Below are positions 11,701-30,279 of a stretch of 50,662 bases of DNA, piece after piece. Numbering within the stretch: position 1 is the first letter of the stretch; the number at the start of each line of letters is the position of its first letter. The position numbers and the translations under genes were made by a program. The stretch comes from Gracilinanus agilis (taxonomy: Eukaryota), in contig NC_058130.1 of the NCBI RefSeq assembly GCF_016433145.1, forward strand, positions 783,223,550 to 783,274,211. Direction: 5' to 3'. Below the pieces are notes generated by a model, which worked only from the letters and a program-made list of their open reading frames with translations, had not been told where the DNA came from and made no database searches.

Positions 11701-13329
11701 GTGAGCTTAGGCAAATCCCTCCCCATCTCTGGGCCTCCCCTTCTTTCTCTGAGAAGATGGTTTAGAAGGTTTCCCATTTCCCTCTCTTAGCCTCAGTTTC
11801 CCTGTCTGCAAAAAAGAGGAATCAGGGCCATCTGATCCCTAACAAGCAGCAACTCTGGGTCTCCCCAAGCAGGGGTTCAAGTAGTGACCTTTCTGAGATC
11901 CCACAGGCAGCAAAGTGCCTACATCAGAACTTGAATTCAGGTCTCCCGCCCTCAGTCCCTCTGCCCCCAGTGCCATCACGACTGGCAGGCCTGTGTTGCG
12001 TTGCAGGGGGCCCGGGCCCTGGCCTCAGCCTTGATATCCAACACCTCCATCCTGAAACTGAATCTGAGTGACAACTGGCTGAATGACGACGGGGCAGTGG
12101 CGATCGCTGGGATGCTGAAGGAAAACTGCTTCATCACAGGTGGGTGCTTGAGCCCACCTGGGTCTGTTAAACATTCCGGCCCAGATTATTATGGCCATTT
12201 TACAGATGGGAAAGCTGAGGCTTCCTCAAGGTGATACTACCAGCGTGTGTCAGAGCCAGGCCTTACACCCAACTCTCTCTCCCTTGGCTGAGTAGCTGTC
12301 TCCAGATGTCACTCAAGCCTGAATTCCCCATGCTCTGCCTCAGTTTCTGTTGACCCTCAGAGGCCCAGAGATCTGGCTGTAAAAGGGACCTCAGAGGTCA
12401 CTGAGTTCCTTTTACAGATAAGAAAACTGAGGCCCAGGGAGGTCAAGGGACCTACCCAAGGTCACAGCAGTAATCATTAGAGGTGAGATTTGAACCTGGG
12501 TCCTCTCACTCCAGAACCAAGGCTCTCTCTACTGTATAACACTGCTTTCTGCTGGCTCAGCATTCCACAGGCCTCCTGGGGGGGGGGGGGGCGCCTGCCT
12601 CCCACTGAAGGGCTGGGAGTCCTGCCAAGCCCCTACGGGGCTCACACTGTCCATGGGAAGAGGGAGCACAAAATTAGAGTACAATGTTAGGGACACATAC
12701 ATAGCAAAGACATGTGGCCAAGGCCACTCACAAGCCCTTTCTGTCCTCAGAGAGTCCTCCCTGAGCTCTGCTCCCTTCCCCTGAGACCCAACATCTCTAC
12801 AAGGCTGCTCAGGTAGACTCCCAGGGTCCAGGCCTCTCCAGGCTTGAGTCTCACCTGCCAGGTTAGCTCTCTGGCAGCCATGACGAGCTCTCTTCTTTTC
12901 TTCCAAAGATTCTGCTACTAAAATCTTGACTCTCAGTAGCCAGTGCCAGCTCTCTTCTTTTCTTCCAGAAATTCTGCTGCTAAAATCTTGACTCCCAGTA
13001 GGCAGGATCAGCTCTCTTACAGCCATGGCCAGCTCTCTTTACTCCATAGGTCCCATGCCTTGAAGCTGCTTCTGGTCTTAGCTACTCTTTGTATGTATTT
13101 GTGTAGGTAATGCATATCTCTACTCAAACTATCCTTTAAGGATCATCTGAAAACATGGCCTTCCTTCAGCCATTGGGGTTGCCCATTTCAAATCACTTGG
13201 AGAAGGCATTCACACTTTGTAAAGGGATGGCCAAGTGCCAAACATTAACCTTGACATCTGAGATTTGATGAGGTGGGAGAAAACTAAACCCTCCTTACAG
13301 AGGAAGAATCTGAAATGCAAAACTGTTAA

Positions 13330-13385
<56 letters not shown>

Positions 13386-16300
13386 CCTTCCTTCNNNNNN
13401 NNNNNNNNNNNNNNNNNNNNNNNNNNNNNNNNNNNNNNNNNNNNNNNNNNNNNNNNNNNNNNNNNNNNNNNNNNNNNNNNNNNNNNNNNNNNNNNNNNNN
13501 NNNNNNNNNNNNNNNNNNNNNNNNNNNNNNNNNNNNNNNNNNNNNNNNNNNNNNNNNNNNNNNNNNNNNNNNNNNNNNNNNNNNNNNNNNNNNNNNNNNN
13601 NNNNNNNNNNNNNNNNNNNNNNNNNNNNNNNNNNNNNNNNNNNNNNNNNNNNNNNNNNNNNNNNNNNNNNNNNNNNNNNNNNNNNNNNNNNTCACCCTTA
13701 TTTTCTGTCTTAGTAGCAATTCTAAGACAGAAGAGAGGCAAGGGCTAGGCAAAGGGGGTTAAGTGACTTGCCCAGGGTCACCCAGCTAGGCCACTTTGGA
13801 ACCCAGGACCTCCCATCTCCTGGCCTAGCACTCTCTCTGCTGTACCACGCAGCTGCTGCCCCCCTCGGGTGATCTTTTGAAGGCAGCTCACCCACTCAGA
13901 CATCAAAGCTGGACTCAAACCCAGGCCTGCCTGGCCCTTCCACCACCTCTGATGTCCATCCCCTGGGTCTCTTACTTCAGATCTTGATCTGTCTGATAAC
14001 AAACTGGGGGCCAAAGGCGCCAAGGCCCTGTGCTCTGCCCTTAAGGAGAACACCTCTATACGGCAGCTTCGCCTGTCCGGCAGTGACCTGGGCCCGCAGG
14101 CCGCCAAGGACATCGCTGACGCCCTGTTGGTCAACACCAAGGTGGAGGTGCTGGACTTGAGCCACAACCTGCTAGATGAGGAAGCTGGTAGGAGCCTACG
14201 GCCAGGGCGGGAAGGCTTGGCTGGGCTTGGCTCTGGGGTAGGGGAGGGAGGGAGGGTCCCCCCAGGGGTAGGGCCGTGGTGAGGCCAGGGTTCAAATCCT
14301 TACGAGCTCTGCGCTGCCCTTTCCTCCCGCTGATTCAGGAGTCAAACTCATTTCCCAGTGGACGACAGGGGCCGAGCTGGGGGCCCCCAAAGGGCCGTCA
14401 CCTAGAGGAGGGAGTGGACTGGCTTTGCTCAGCTCCAGAGGGAAGATCAATGAGGGCAAGTCCCAAGAGACAAATCTGGGCTTGAAGCCTCTTAGCAATA
14501 AGAGCCATCCAAAAGTGGGACTTGTCTGCCTCACAAGGTGGTGAGCTCCCCGTCACTGGAGGCTCCAAGTAGAGATTGGGGTCATGGGTTGGACTATGTA
14601 ACTAGCCACCAGGCGGGCCCCTTCCAGCTTCCAGATTCGGTAGCATCCTTGGTATGGGAGGGCCACCGAGGACTCCAGAGCCCAAGCGTTGGAGGGTCCC
14701 CTCCAGGAAGTGCTGGACAGGGTTTCCTGGCCTGAGGCTAAAGGGAGGAGGCGGGTGTCCCTCAGGCACCCACTCCCTCACCTGGTCCTGAGCCTTTAGA
14801 CACTGCAAGGCCCCTCACCCAACATCAGCAGGCATGTGGTAGGAGCCTCAGTTTCCTCATCTATAAAATAGGAACAGTCTGCTCATGCTCCCAAGCTTGG
14901 CCAACCTCAGAGCGCCGTCATCGGTGCTTTCACTGTTCCTGGAGAGCTGAGAGCGGCCATGAGGGTGCGTGTTTGTGTGGCATGACTGCTTGGCCAGGGA
15001 GAAGTGAGGGGAAAGGAAGAGTCTTTAGACTCTCCCCACTGTATAGATGGAGAAACTGTGCCTTGCAGACATGGGCTGGCCTCGAACTCGGGTCTCTGGT
15101 GAGGAACTTCCCGCACTTCCTCCTGTGGCACAGGCCTAGCTGGTGCCCTTCAGGAGGGGCTTTGGAGAGAGCATGATCTCCGCAGGCTTGGGGGGTCTTT
15201 CCCAGATTGGCCTCGGGCCACCCACCCACCCACGCCTGAAGCTCCTGCAGGGACTGACATGGGGACTGTGTCTCTCCTCAAGGGGAGAAGCTCGGGCCGG
15301 CCCTGGCAGAAAACGTGGGCATAAAGGAGCTCAATCTCAGCTGGAACCACCTGCGGGGGATGGGAGCCGTGATCTTCACCCGAGGCGTTGGGGTAGGGGC
15401 CTGCCCCGCGGCCCGCGCTCTGGCCACAGCCTCTGAGAGGAGATGGTGGAGACGATGGGCACGACTGCGTGGAGGCGGTGGCCTGTGCCAGGAGAGCTCT
15501 AACAGCCACTGGCAGAAGGCCCAAAGAACCACGCTCAGTCCTGGCGAGGATTAGAACCATCCAGAATCCCACAGGAAGGCCTTGGGGGAGGCTGGGGGTC
15601 GCCTCTGAGGCTCCCTCCAGCCCGGAGGTCCTGGGATCCATGCACGGCAGCCTGTTGGGGTCACTTCCCTCTGCCCCCCCAATGTGTGCAGCTCTCAAGG
15701 GGCCGCTGCTCTCCCTCTCTGGCCCCTCAGACTTCCCCAAGCCACTTCAGATGGCCCAGAGGTGAGGAGGAGAAGCCTCCTCTGGTGTTCACCCAGCCGC
15801 CCTCCCGCCTTTTCCACTTACACCTTAGGGGACCCATGAGTGACCCAGTCCCACTCCTATCTTTCTTCTTCCTCCTCTTCCTCCCTCCTCCTCCTCAGCA
15901 TCCTCATTGTCCAGTCTGTCCTGTGTCCTTCCGCAGGGCAACACCTTCCTCAGAGTGCTAGACCTCTCCTACAATGGTTTTGGCGATCCTGGAGCAGCAG
16001 CCCTGGGGGAGGCAATGAAAGTCAACAATGTGCTTGAGGAGCTCAACATCAGGTGGGGGGGGGTCCACTCCCCTAGCCCCCTCCCTCTGGTCAGCATCCC
16101 CCTTCTCCTTCACTCTTGGAGGCAGGGAGCCCCTCCAAGCCAGGGGCTGCCTCTTGCCTTGTATCCCCCAGAGACAACAAGTAAATAACTGCACAGACCA
16201 GCTAGAGACAGAGTAGTAGATGGGAGTAGATGGAAAAAGAGGCATCTCCATAATGCCAGGGTGCATGGAGCACTAACCTGGAGTTAGGAAGTCCTGAGTT

Positions 16301-18920
16301 CAAATACAGCCTCAGGCACTTCCTAGCTGTGTGACCCTGGGAAAGTCACTTCACTTGCTTGCCTCTATTTTCCCAAACTATAAAATGGGGATCATAATAG
16401 CCCTGCCCTCCCAGAGGTGCTGTAAGGATCAGATGAGGTAAAGTGCTTGCAAAGCACTTTGCAAACCTTAAAGTCCTATTCAGTGGGGGCTATTGTTTAT
16501 TATTAAGGTCAGCGTAGTGGGGAAAGCATTTATTAAGTACCTACTGGGTGCCTGGCACTGGCCAAGCTTGGTCCTTGCCCTTGAGAAGCTTACAGGCTGC
16601 CGCCTTTAGGAATATATTGCTCCCTAACTGTGACTAGCTTCTTGCTCCTCATTGGGCCAGTGTTGGGCTAGGGCGAGTCCTGAGTTTCTGTGAATGTGAT
16701 CTCTCTTTTGGCACAAGCCTCCCATCCCTCAGTCATGAGCACAATCCCCTTCTGGGCCTCAGTTTCCCCATCTGTAAGAGGAGGGAATGAGCCCCTGGTC
16801 TGTGGCTCCTGACCCTCACTTACATGCTGTGAGTCTCCCCCACCAAGAGGACGGACAGATAGACAGACACGAGAAGCCATTTCTAAGCCATCAACAATGA
16901 CCATCTTCTCTTTTGAAGTAACAACCGCATCTCGCTGCCCGGAGCCATCCGCTTCTCCAGTGGACTGAGGGAAAACCAAACCCTGAGGATCCTCTCTGTG
17001 AGTCGTGCTCCTGTCTGTGGGGGGACATCCAGGAGGAAAGGGCCCATCTGGCCCCTCTCTAGAGGCGGTCAGGGGGCCCAGGGCACACAGTGCTGGTCTT
17101 GGAATCAAGAAGGCCCGAGCTCAAATCCCGCCTGACCCTTACTAGCTCAGTGACCCTGGGCAAGTCCCTTGACCCCGTCTGCCTCAGCGTCCTTAGCTGT
17201 AAAAAAGCGGTCATAGCGTCTCCTCCTCAGTGTTGTTAAGGGGATCGAGTGAGACAACATGGGTAAAGTGCTTTAGTCTTTAAGTGCTATAAAAAGCAAA
17301 TAAGAGTTAATAAGAGCTAACATTTATGTAGCGGCTACATGGCACGGAGTCGGGAAGACCCGAGTTCAAATTTGACCTCAGACACATACTAGTTGTGTGA
17401 CCCTGGGAGAATCACTTCACCCTGCTTGCCTCCGTTTCCTCACCTGTCAAATGGGTTGAAAAAGGAAATGGCAAACCACTTCAGTATCTCTGCCAAGAGA
17501 AGCCCAAACGGGGTCACAAAGACAGGCCTGAAAACAAACAAGATATAAGCCCTCTAGGACCAGGCCTAGGCTAAACACAATGATCTCAGTTGACCCTACC
17601 TGGGAGGTGGGTGCTATGACTATCCCCATTTGACAGATGAGGAAACTGAGGCTCGTGTGGGTTAAGTGACTGGCATGCAGTCCCGAGCCCCGATCTTTCC
17701 TGGCTGCGAGCACAGCACTCGCCGGTGCCCAGGGCTGCCTCGGATCCTCCCACATTGCCCCTTTCTCTCTCCACAGATGGGCAGGAACCCCATGAGGAAC
17801 GAGGGCTGCCTCTGCATCCTCAAGGTGATCCAGCTGAACCCAGACTCGGGGCTGGAGGTTTTGGACTTCTCGGTAAGGAGGAGGGGAAGGGCCGGGGCCT
17901 GGTCGGTCTCCCCAGGGGGTCGGGGAGTTACTCGGCCGACTCAATCCAAAGGATCTTCAAAGGCACCTACTGTGTGCCAGGCCCAGGAGAAGACCCAAGA
18001 GCAGCCCTGCCTGCCCTCGGAGGGAGGCGGCAGCGGTCACAGCCGGGGATGCTGAGCAGCTCTGGGATGAGTGGAGAAGGGGCTGGTCCAAGCAAGGGCA
18101 GGGCGCCGGACTCCCCACAGGTCCCCCCTGGAGCGACGGGGCCAGAGGAGGGAGACCCTCTTTGCCAGCCTCTGCCCATAAGGCTCCCGTTTCTCTAGGG
18201 CAGCTACGGGCAGGCCAGCACGGGCAAAGGGAGTTTCCTCACCCCAGATTGATCCCTTAATGCACTCATTTACTCAGTAAATATTTATTAAGCACCCACT
18301 ATGTGCCAGGCCCTGAGCTGAGCCCCAGGGGTACAAGAAGAGGGAAAAGACAGTCCCTCCCTCAGGGGGGAACCTGGGCAGCTGGGTGGCACAGGGGATA
18401 GACTCCCAGGCGTGGAGTCAGGAAAGCCCAAGTTCAAATCCAACCTCAGATGCTTCCTAGCTATGTGACCCTGGGCAGGTCACTTCACCCCGCGGGCCTC
18501 AGTTTCCTCATCTGTAAATGAGCTGGAGAAGGAAATGGCCAACCCCTTCAGCGACTCTGCCAAGAAAACCCTGAATGGAGCCACGAGTGGGCCCCAGTGG
18601 GAGGAGCTCACAGTCTGATGGGGAGAGGGAAGCCTCTAGAAATGGGGAATCGGAGAAGGCTTCCCATGACGGCCCAGCCAGCAGCGAGCCTTCCTAGGCT
18701 TGGCCCTGCGGGTGCTCAGAGAGTGGACCCTGGTCTAGGAGGGGGCCCAGCCCGGGGGACGCTCCGGCTCCCGGGCCCCCTCCGGGCCGCACACGCTAAC
18801 CAGGGCCCCCCCCCTCCGCTCTAGGACATCCACCTGAACAGAGACTTCGACGAGCTGGCCTGTTCCATGCAGGAGGCCTTCCCGCGGCTCTGTATCAGAC
18901 ACGGCAACCACCCGGCCTAG
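6729..18920 (+). CDS. LRRC74B: Leucine-rich repeat-containing protein 74B, about 466 aa, 10 exons
   Basis: Exons: 6729-6986 (tentative; alternative ATG at 6690), 7578-7740, 11310-11452, 12007-12139, 13981-14187, 15283-15392, 15937-16052, 16919-16997, 17777-17872, 18825-18920. All introns are GT-AG and the phases are consistent. RI-like LRRs: DSDLE, GVVPISYFL, HRGLGSQGARALA, LNLSWNHLRG, LDLSYNGFGDPGA, NNRIS, ENQTLRIL, RNPMRNEGC. B rather than A is assigned by synteny with THAP7/LZTR1. Confidence 0.9.
8020..8970 (-). mobile_element. Decayed marsupial LINE-1 3' fragments with an internal (TG)n at about 8737-8785
   Basis: Resembles the antisense 3' UTR of marsupial L1. The (TG)n tract is directly visible. 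Confidence 0.45.
8977..9178 (-). mobile_element. SINE-1_MD-like SINE
   Basis: ttaaaaaacccttacc...ccaaggcag...gtcacacagctag...tttgaacccaggacctcc...gcccc. Confidence 0.8.
9450..10420 (+). mobile_element. L2 LINE 3' fragment
   Basis: Decayed L2 ORF2 (ctcaacctgtccaaaactgaactc...ttatcctggacttctccctctctctca...ccatatccaa) running into the L2 3' end (gactgtagaaagctccctgagggc). Confidence 0.85.
9696..9803. repeat. 27-bp x4 tandem repeat inside L2
   Basis: tgtccatttcacctctgcagcatctct at 9696, 9723, 9750 and 9777. Confidence 0.95.
10828..11017 (-). mobile_element. SINE-1_MD-like SINE
   Basis: ttttaaaacctttacc...aaggcagaagagaggtaagggctaggcaat...gtgtctgaggc...cacccagctgcccc. Confidence 0.85.
12685..13299 (-). 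mobile_element. Possible LTR with an internal 62-bp duplication
   Basis: Minus strand starts TGTAAGG at 13299. A 62-bp unit repeats at 12886 and 12948. No TSD. Confidence 0.3.
13331..13691. repeat. (TATC)n/(TTCC)n microsatellite followed by an assembly gap (N 13395-13691)
   Basis: Directly visible. The flanking LRRC74B exons join in phase, so no exon needs to lie in the gap. Confidence 0.95.
13692..13863 (-). mobile_element. SINE-1_MD-like SINE
   Basis: cccttattttctgtcttag...gcaagggctaggc...gtgacttgcccagggtcac...gctgcccc. Confidence 0.8.
17330..17530 (+). mobile_element. MAR1 SINE
   Basis: gagttcaaatttgacctcagacac...gtgtgaccctggg...ggaaatggcaaaccacttcagtatctctgccaag. Confidence 0.8.
18372..18590 (+). 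mobile_element. MAR1 SINE
   Basis: gggcagctgggtggcacag...agttcaaatcc...tttcctcatctgtaaatgagctggagaaggaaatggc...ctgccaagaaaaccc. Confidence 0.85.
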
Positions 18921-21086
18921 AGCATCGGGATGAGGATCACGGCTGCCGTCATCACCCGCCGCCTCTCTGCCCTAGACTCATGGAATCCCGGAGCCAGAAG
19001 GCCCCTCCACCCCGTAGGGAGCCCCTGCCCGATTCGGGGTCCCCCAGAGGCACTTTGGACGAGGGCCCGTCCAGCCTAGAAGCTCTCCAGACCCTGGGGA
19101 CTCGCTCCCTGCCCAGGGGGCCCACTTGGCCGTGGGGCAGCTCTTGTGACTAGGAAGCCGCACTCTCCAGCCCCTCTTGGCCCGACGCCCGTGACTCGCA
19201 CCCGTGACGCCTGGTTCTCTTTGGCTCTGACCCTCTGGGCCCCCGGTTCCTCCCCCTCCAAAGACAGAAGCCTGGATGCCATTTGGTCCCTTCCTCACTA
19301 AGCCTTAACGGTTATTTCCACTAAGCTCATGTCTGCTGTGGTGACTTCGATGGTTCTCCCTCCTCCCTGACAGGCACCCACTTCCTCCCGGGGGTCCTGC
19401 CCCCCGCCCAGAGCCCGCTCCTCCTCCCAGCCTAGAGCCAGGGTGGGCAGCCGGGCCAGAGAGGCCGGGTCCAAGGCGGGGCCCTACAGCCCCTTCAAGG
19501 CCTCGGAACAAGCCTGGGCTGCAGAAGGCTTCCCAGAGCTCACCCGGCCAAGCCGCTGCCCAGGACCCGGCCGAGGCATGGCTTCAGCCAGGCAGGAAGA
19601 ACCTGCGGACCGTCACACAAAAGCTAGGGGACGGCCTGGGCCTCGGGCCAGCGGTCAGTGCGGCAGCCCTTCTGGAGGAGCCCTCGACCTCGATGGCCGG
19701 CCGCAGGCTTCAGGGGGAAGCGGGGTGGGCGCTCACTCCTCCCTACTGCCCTGGCCCCCCGGGACCCCAAGAGCCTACCCTGAGCCACAGAGCACAGGGG
19801 ACAGCTCGGGCCGTGAGCACCCAGGGTTCTGAGGGCAGCAGACACCTGATGTTTGCCGGACGATGGCTCAGATCCATGAGCTCGGGGTCTAAGATGACCC
19901 ATGTTCAAATCCCGGCATTGTGTCACCCTGACCGAGTCACTGGCCAAGCTCCATCAGGAGAGGCTCTTCTGTCCCCGAAACCTACAACCTGGCCCAGACG
20001 CTTCTCTTCCCACCAGCTGCCCAGTGCCACAGCTGTATGCTCCTGCCCAAAGGAGCACCCCACCAAGTTCATGAGCCTCCGAGAGCCCCCGAGCCTGCCT
20101 TTAGGGGCCTTAAAATGACCGGCAGGTGTTTGTCCCTCTTGGGATGGGGAGCTCACTACCTGCCGAGGCAGCCCATCCGCTTGGGTCAGCCCTGAGTAGA
20201 GGAAGCATTTCCTCCTGTAATTTCCCTGCTGCCCCCACTCAGTAAGGGCAATCGTGCCCATAATAGCATTTATGGTTCCCCGGGGGTAGGGGAGGGGGCC
20301 TGCACTGAGCTTGGCCCTCTGCACAGCCCTCATTTGAGCCTCACACAATCAAGATCCCCATTTCACAGCTGAGGAAACTGAGGCAGACAGAAGGGAAGTG
20401 ACTTGCCCAGGGTCTCCATTCTGGACCCCGAGTCCACAGCCTCTGACCTCCCTCCTCCCCCTCCTCCCCTTCTCTCCTGGAGCCTGGGATGGGCAGGGCT
20501 GATGGCTCCGTGCCAGGGGACCCTCCCTGAAAAACCCTTGCCACCACCCTAGGGGCACCCCATGCCCATCAGGCCAGCCCGGCCAAAACTGGGGGCTCGG
20601 CCCTTTCTCAGGACCATCGTTTGAACCCAGGACTCGTATGTGCTAGGAGAGCCCCTGCTGGCCACACCAAGGTCTAACTACACGTGGAGTCAACATTGAT
20701 CAAGGCCCAGAGGATAGAATCAGGGCTCAGAAAGGGGAAGGGCCTGGGGGTCATTTAGGCAAAATACTCCATGGGGGGGGCACGATGGGGGGCGGGGGGT
20801 CCTCTCTTCTCCAGGCAGTCCCACCCGGCCAGTCCAGCCCCTCAGGCCCGCCGCAGCTCTAGCTAGGAAGCTGGAACCCATTTTACAGAGGAAGAAAATC
20901 AAGGGGGGCTCTTGCACCAGCGCAGAAGTCATTTTAGATCCTCTTTCGCCTTCCCACCCAAGGCCCAACCTCCTGCGGCTGCAGCAGGAGCAGATGCGGG
21001 CGCAGGCGCAGTAGCCTCGCACCTTGGCTCTCGCTGCTCCAGCCTCGTGGCTCCTTCCATGCTCGTGCACCTCAGGCTCGGCTCCC

Positions 21087-21217
21087 CCAATCAGTGGGCA
21101 GCATTCAGGCAACTCGGCCAATCAGCAAGCACCACGGTATGGCTGGCTCGGCCAATCAACAGATGGTGCTTGGGTGGCTCGGCCAATGGGCGGTGGCGCT
21201 CGGACGGCTCGGCCAAT
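21087..21217 (+). promoter_or_regulatory. TUBA3 promoter: five tandem CCAAT (NF-Y) boxes
   Basis: CCAAT at 21087, 21118, 21152, 21183 and 21213. Four are in a CTCGGCCAAT context. The array sits in a CpG island 115-245 nt upstream of the ATG. Confidence 0.8.
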
Positions 21218-21329
21218 GAGCGAGCGGCGCGGCGAGGGCGACGTGTGCAGAGGCCCAGCGCGCCCTCAGTCAGTTGCTGGTCGTTGAGGGCGGAGGTGTC
21301 GGTGTCGGTGTCGGTGTCGGTGTCTCATC

Positions 21330-27044
<5,715 letters not shown>

Positions 27045-27116
27045 GCCAGGAGGGATGCCCGAGCCTCGCTTCCCGCCCCCGAGAGTATAACTAACTGGTT
27101 ACAGAATTTGTTTACG

Positions 27117-27122
27117 AATAAA
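27117..27122 (+). terminator. TUBA3 polyadenylation signal
   Basis: AATAAA 73 nt after the stop codon. Confidence 0.75.
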
Positions 27123-27931
27123 CGTTTACGTAGTAACGCTGCGTCGTGCGCCTCTTCTCTGCGGCCTCCTGGCTCCCCCCAGGGAGGGCGTCGGGGTTCA
27201 GGGGGGCCTCTGGCCTGGCGACTCCCAGGACTGATCTCACCTCGAGCCCTTGTAAGAACGAGGAATGGCGCTAATTCTATGAACAAGCTTGGGGAAATGC
27301 ATGGAGCTTTTTTCTTCTTAGAGAGCCCAAATCAGCCCCGCCCAAGGCTACTGGAGAGCCGGGGATCTATCCATCCACTGCCCCCCACATGGAGGCAGAG
27401 AACTCCTCGAGCCCCCAACGCCTCCCTGTCCCCTACGAGAGCCTGAGCAGCGGCTCGCTGCAGCCCTGAACAGAACCACTAGAGGGCACTCGCCCCCCAA
27501 AAGTGAGGGCAAGCTGGGAAACCAGAATGGCCCCTGTGAGAACCGCGCAGCAGGGTTGGGCGCTGAGGCCTCCCTGAGCCCATGACTTTGCTGCTTTTCT
27601 CAAAGGACTGAGGGAGAGGAACGAGCTCTGGGTTTGAAGTCAGAAGGTGGCCCAGATCCTGGATAGCCACCTTTAGCCTTGGGCAAGCCCCCTTCTCTCG
27701 GCCTGTTTCCCCTCCTGCTGACCGAAAGGAATAAAGCTAGGTGATCCCTAGGGTCCCTTAAGTCTGTGATCACAGGAAGTGCCCAAGGAATTCTGGAGAT
27801 AATTCCGAGCAGAAAAGGAATTTTCTAACGCCGAGTTTTTAGCCTCTTTTGTCTCGGGGCCCCTTAGGCAGCCCAGAGATGCCTGCAGAGCCCCCACAAT
27901 GTTGTTTTTAATATGGGAAACCAGCTGGAAT

Positions 27932-28160
27932 AGTTTACATTTTTTTTTTAATTTTTTTTAATTTTTTAAACCCTTAACTTCTGTGTATTGACTTATAGGT
28001 GGAAGAGTGGTAAGGGTAGGCAATGGGGGTCAAGTGACCTGCCCAGGGCCACACAGCTGGGAAGTGTCTGAGGCCGGATCTGAACCTAGGACTTCCCGTC
28101 TCTAGGCCCGGCTCTCAATCCACTGAGCTACCCAGCTGCCCCCAGTTTACATTTTTTTTT
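27932..28160 (-). mobile_element. Young SINE-1_MD-like insertion with TSD
   Basis: Full body with a poly(T) tail. agtttacattttttt is duplicated on both sides. Confidence 0.9.
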
Positions 28161-29464
28161 AAGTTTGCAGCCTCCTATGCTGGCCCGTCTGCAATTCCCC
28201 AATCCCTGGTGCTCGCTCTCCCAACTTTCCAAAATTGCCGAGGTCCCGGGATGCCGGGAGGGAAGGAGTCATAGGCATCCTTCAGCAGCGAGTGAGGCAG
28301 AGGGAACCTCTTCCACCCCCGCCTAGCCGACTAGAACCAGTGAGAGGGCATCGACAGGGGCTTCACGGGCTCTCTTGAGCCACCGCCCACCAATCACATC
28401 ATGGGGATTCTCCAGAAGTGGCCCCCGGGTTCTCCATGTGGAGTGGTTCTGTCTTGTAGACCCCACCATTAGCGACCCCACAGGATCGAAACAGGGTAAC
28501 TCAACGTCCTACAAAAGAAAGTCCTGCCAGGGAGCTCAACTTTGGTTCCTGGCAGAACTTTAGACTCTGTGAGACGGTCTCCACGTATGTGCAGACATAT
28601 CCCCACAGAGGACACGAGGGAGCTATTTCTGGAGACTGAGGCCTGGGGCAGCTGCGGACATTCTAGAATGGATTCCAGTTGGTCTGAGAGGAACTTTCCC
28701 CACGAGCTAGGTAGCCACAACTTGACATCTACTAAAGGGCCCCAGGTGGCATTGGCCTTGACATCTGAGCCATCGAGGGGACTCCCGAGTCAAAGTAGCT
28801 ATAGGTGAGTTAAGGGGGAAGGGCCCTGGGGCCTCCCTTGGCCCTTTGAACCAGACGATCTCTCTCTAGGCCTAAGTCCTTGTTTTTTTCATTTTTTCTT
28901 TTCCATTCTACATACAGGGAGCACAGTGTCTGGGAGATCTTTAACCTGGAGGAAGTCCAGCTGTCCAGCCCAGCAGAGATTGTTGGTGTGACCAGTGCTA
29001 CGTAGGAACTGAGCTAAGTATGACTGAGCCCCAATAATGACTGAGGTGAGGGAAGAACCATGCCCTCCAAGGTGTTAAGTGAAGAGATTTATATGTTGGT
29101 TCTTGCTCATTTTTAAGTGGTTAAATGGATATGGGTTGCTATCTACTAGCCCCTTGAAAATGGAGAGAACATAGTAGGAACAGAACCACAGGGGAGAGAT
29201 GCAACAGGCCTGGCCTTGAGAGTGGGGCCAGAGTCTACCATGCTACTATTATTAAAGGGATGATCAGTGGACACATAGAAAAGAAAGCAGTCATCACGAA
29301 AGTGCCAGATTAGGAAGCTTCCTCAAGAATAAGTCAAGTCCTTAATACCCATCAATGCACCTTCTAACCAGGATTTCAGAAGACTGATGAAAAAGTATGT
29401 TCCTCACCTCCTGGCAGAGTCATGGTCATAAGGGGCAGAAGGAGGCCCATGCTTGAGGACATTA

Positions 29465-29673
29465 CTAGGCGCATTCTTTTTTTTTTTTTTGTACTTCGGT
29501 GTATTGTCTCATAGGTGGAAGATTGGTAAGGATGGGCAATGGGGGTCAAGTGACTTGCCCAGGGTCACACAGCTGGGAAGTGGCTGAGGCCGGGTTTGAA
29601 CCTAGGACCTCCTGTCTCTAGGCCTGACTCTCACTCCACTGAGCTACCCAGCTGCCCCCTAGGCGCATTCTTT
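29465..29673 (-). mobile_element. Young SINE-1_MD-like insertion with a 15-bp TSD
   Basis: ctaggcgcattcttt at 29465-29479 and 29659-29673. Confidence 0.92.
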
Positions 29674-30279
29674 AAAAGGTCTTTTTTAATTTTTCCACCT
29701 TCTGAGGGGAAGGTGGGAGCAGAGCTAGGAATAGGGTTGCTCTAACAAAAGGGAATTAAAGCTTTAAAAAAAAAAAAAGCAAAGGAGAGAATAAGAGGAA
29801 GGCCAGGAAGAGACATAGACAGAACTGCCCTGTGGAAGAAGGGTTCTGCCAGAACCAGGACTATGGGGAAGGTGGCCAAGGTTAGATCCTGCTTTAAGAA
29901 AAACTCCTAGAGATCCAAGCTTTCTACAGTGGAACAGGCTGCTGCTGGGTAATAACCTCTCCAGGTCAAGGCAATGTCATCTAGTCCAGCCTCATCGCAT
30001 TTTTCAGTCAAGGAATTTCAAGCACAGAGAACGACTTGCCCTCAGGTTTTGTGACAGCACTAGCATTTGAAACCAGCTCCAACTCCAAACCCAGCCTTCT
30101 TTTTGCTGTGCCAATGACCTTAGCAATCTTGCATTCGATAAACCCAAAGTTCCCAGCTTTTGGAAGAACTCACTATTGGACAAAAACTGCTGGGAAAATT
30201 AGAAAAGAGTGTGGCAAAAATTAGGTTTAGATCAACGTCTCACCCCCTATACCAAGATAAGTTCAAAATGGGAACATGA

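Noticed and set aside
13265-13762. ORFs containing X runs
   Set aside because: Artefacts of the N gap and the (TATC)n microsatellite.
28375-28808. Short overlapping ORFs between TUBA3 and THAP7 as a hidden gene or pseudogene
   Set aside because: No homology I can recognise and no consistent splice structure.
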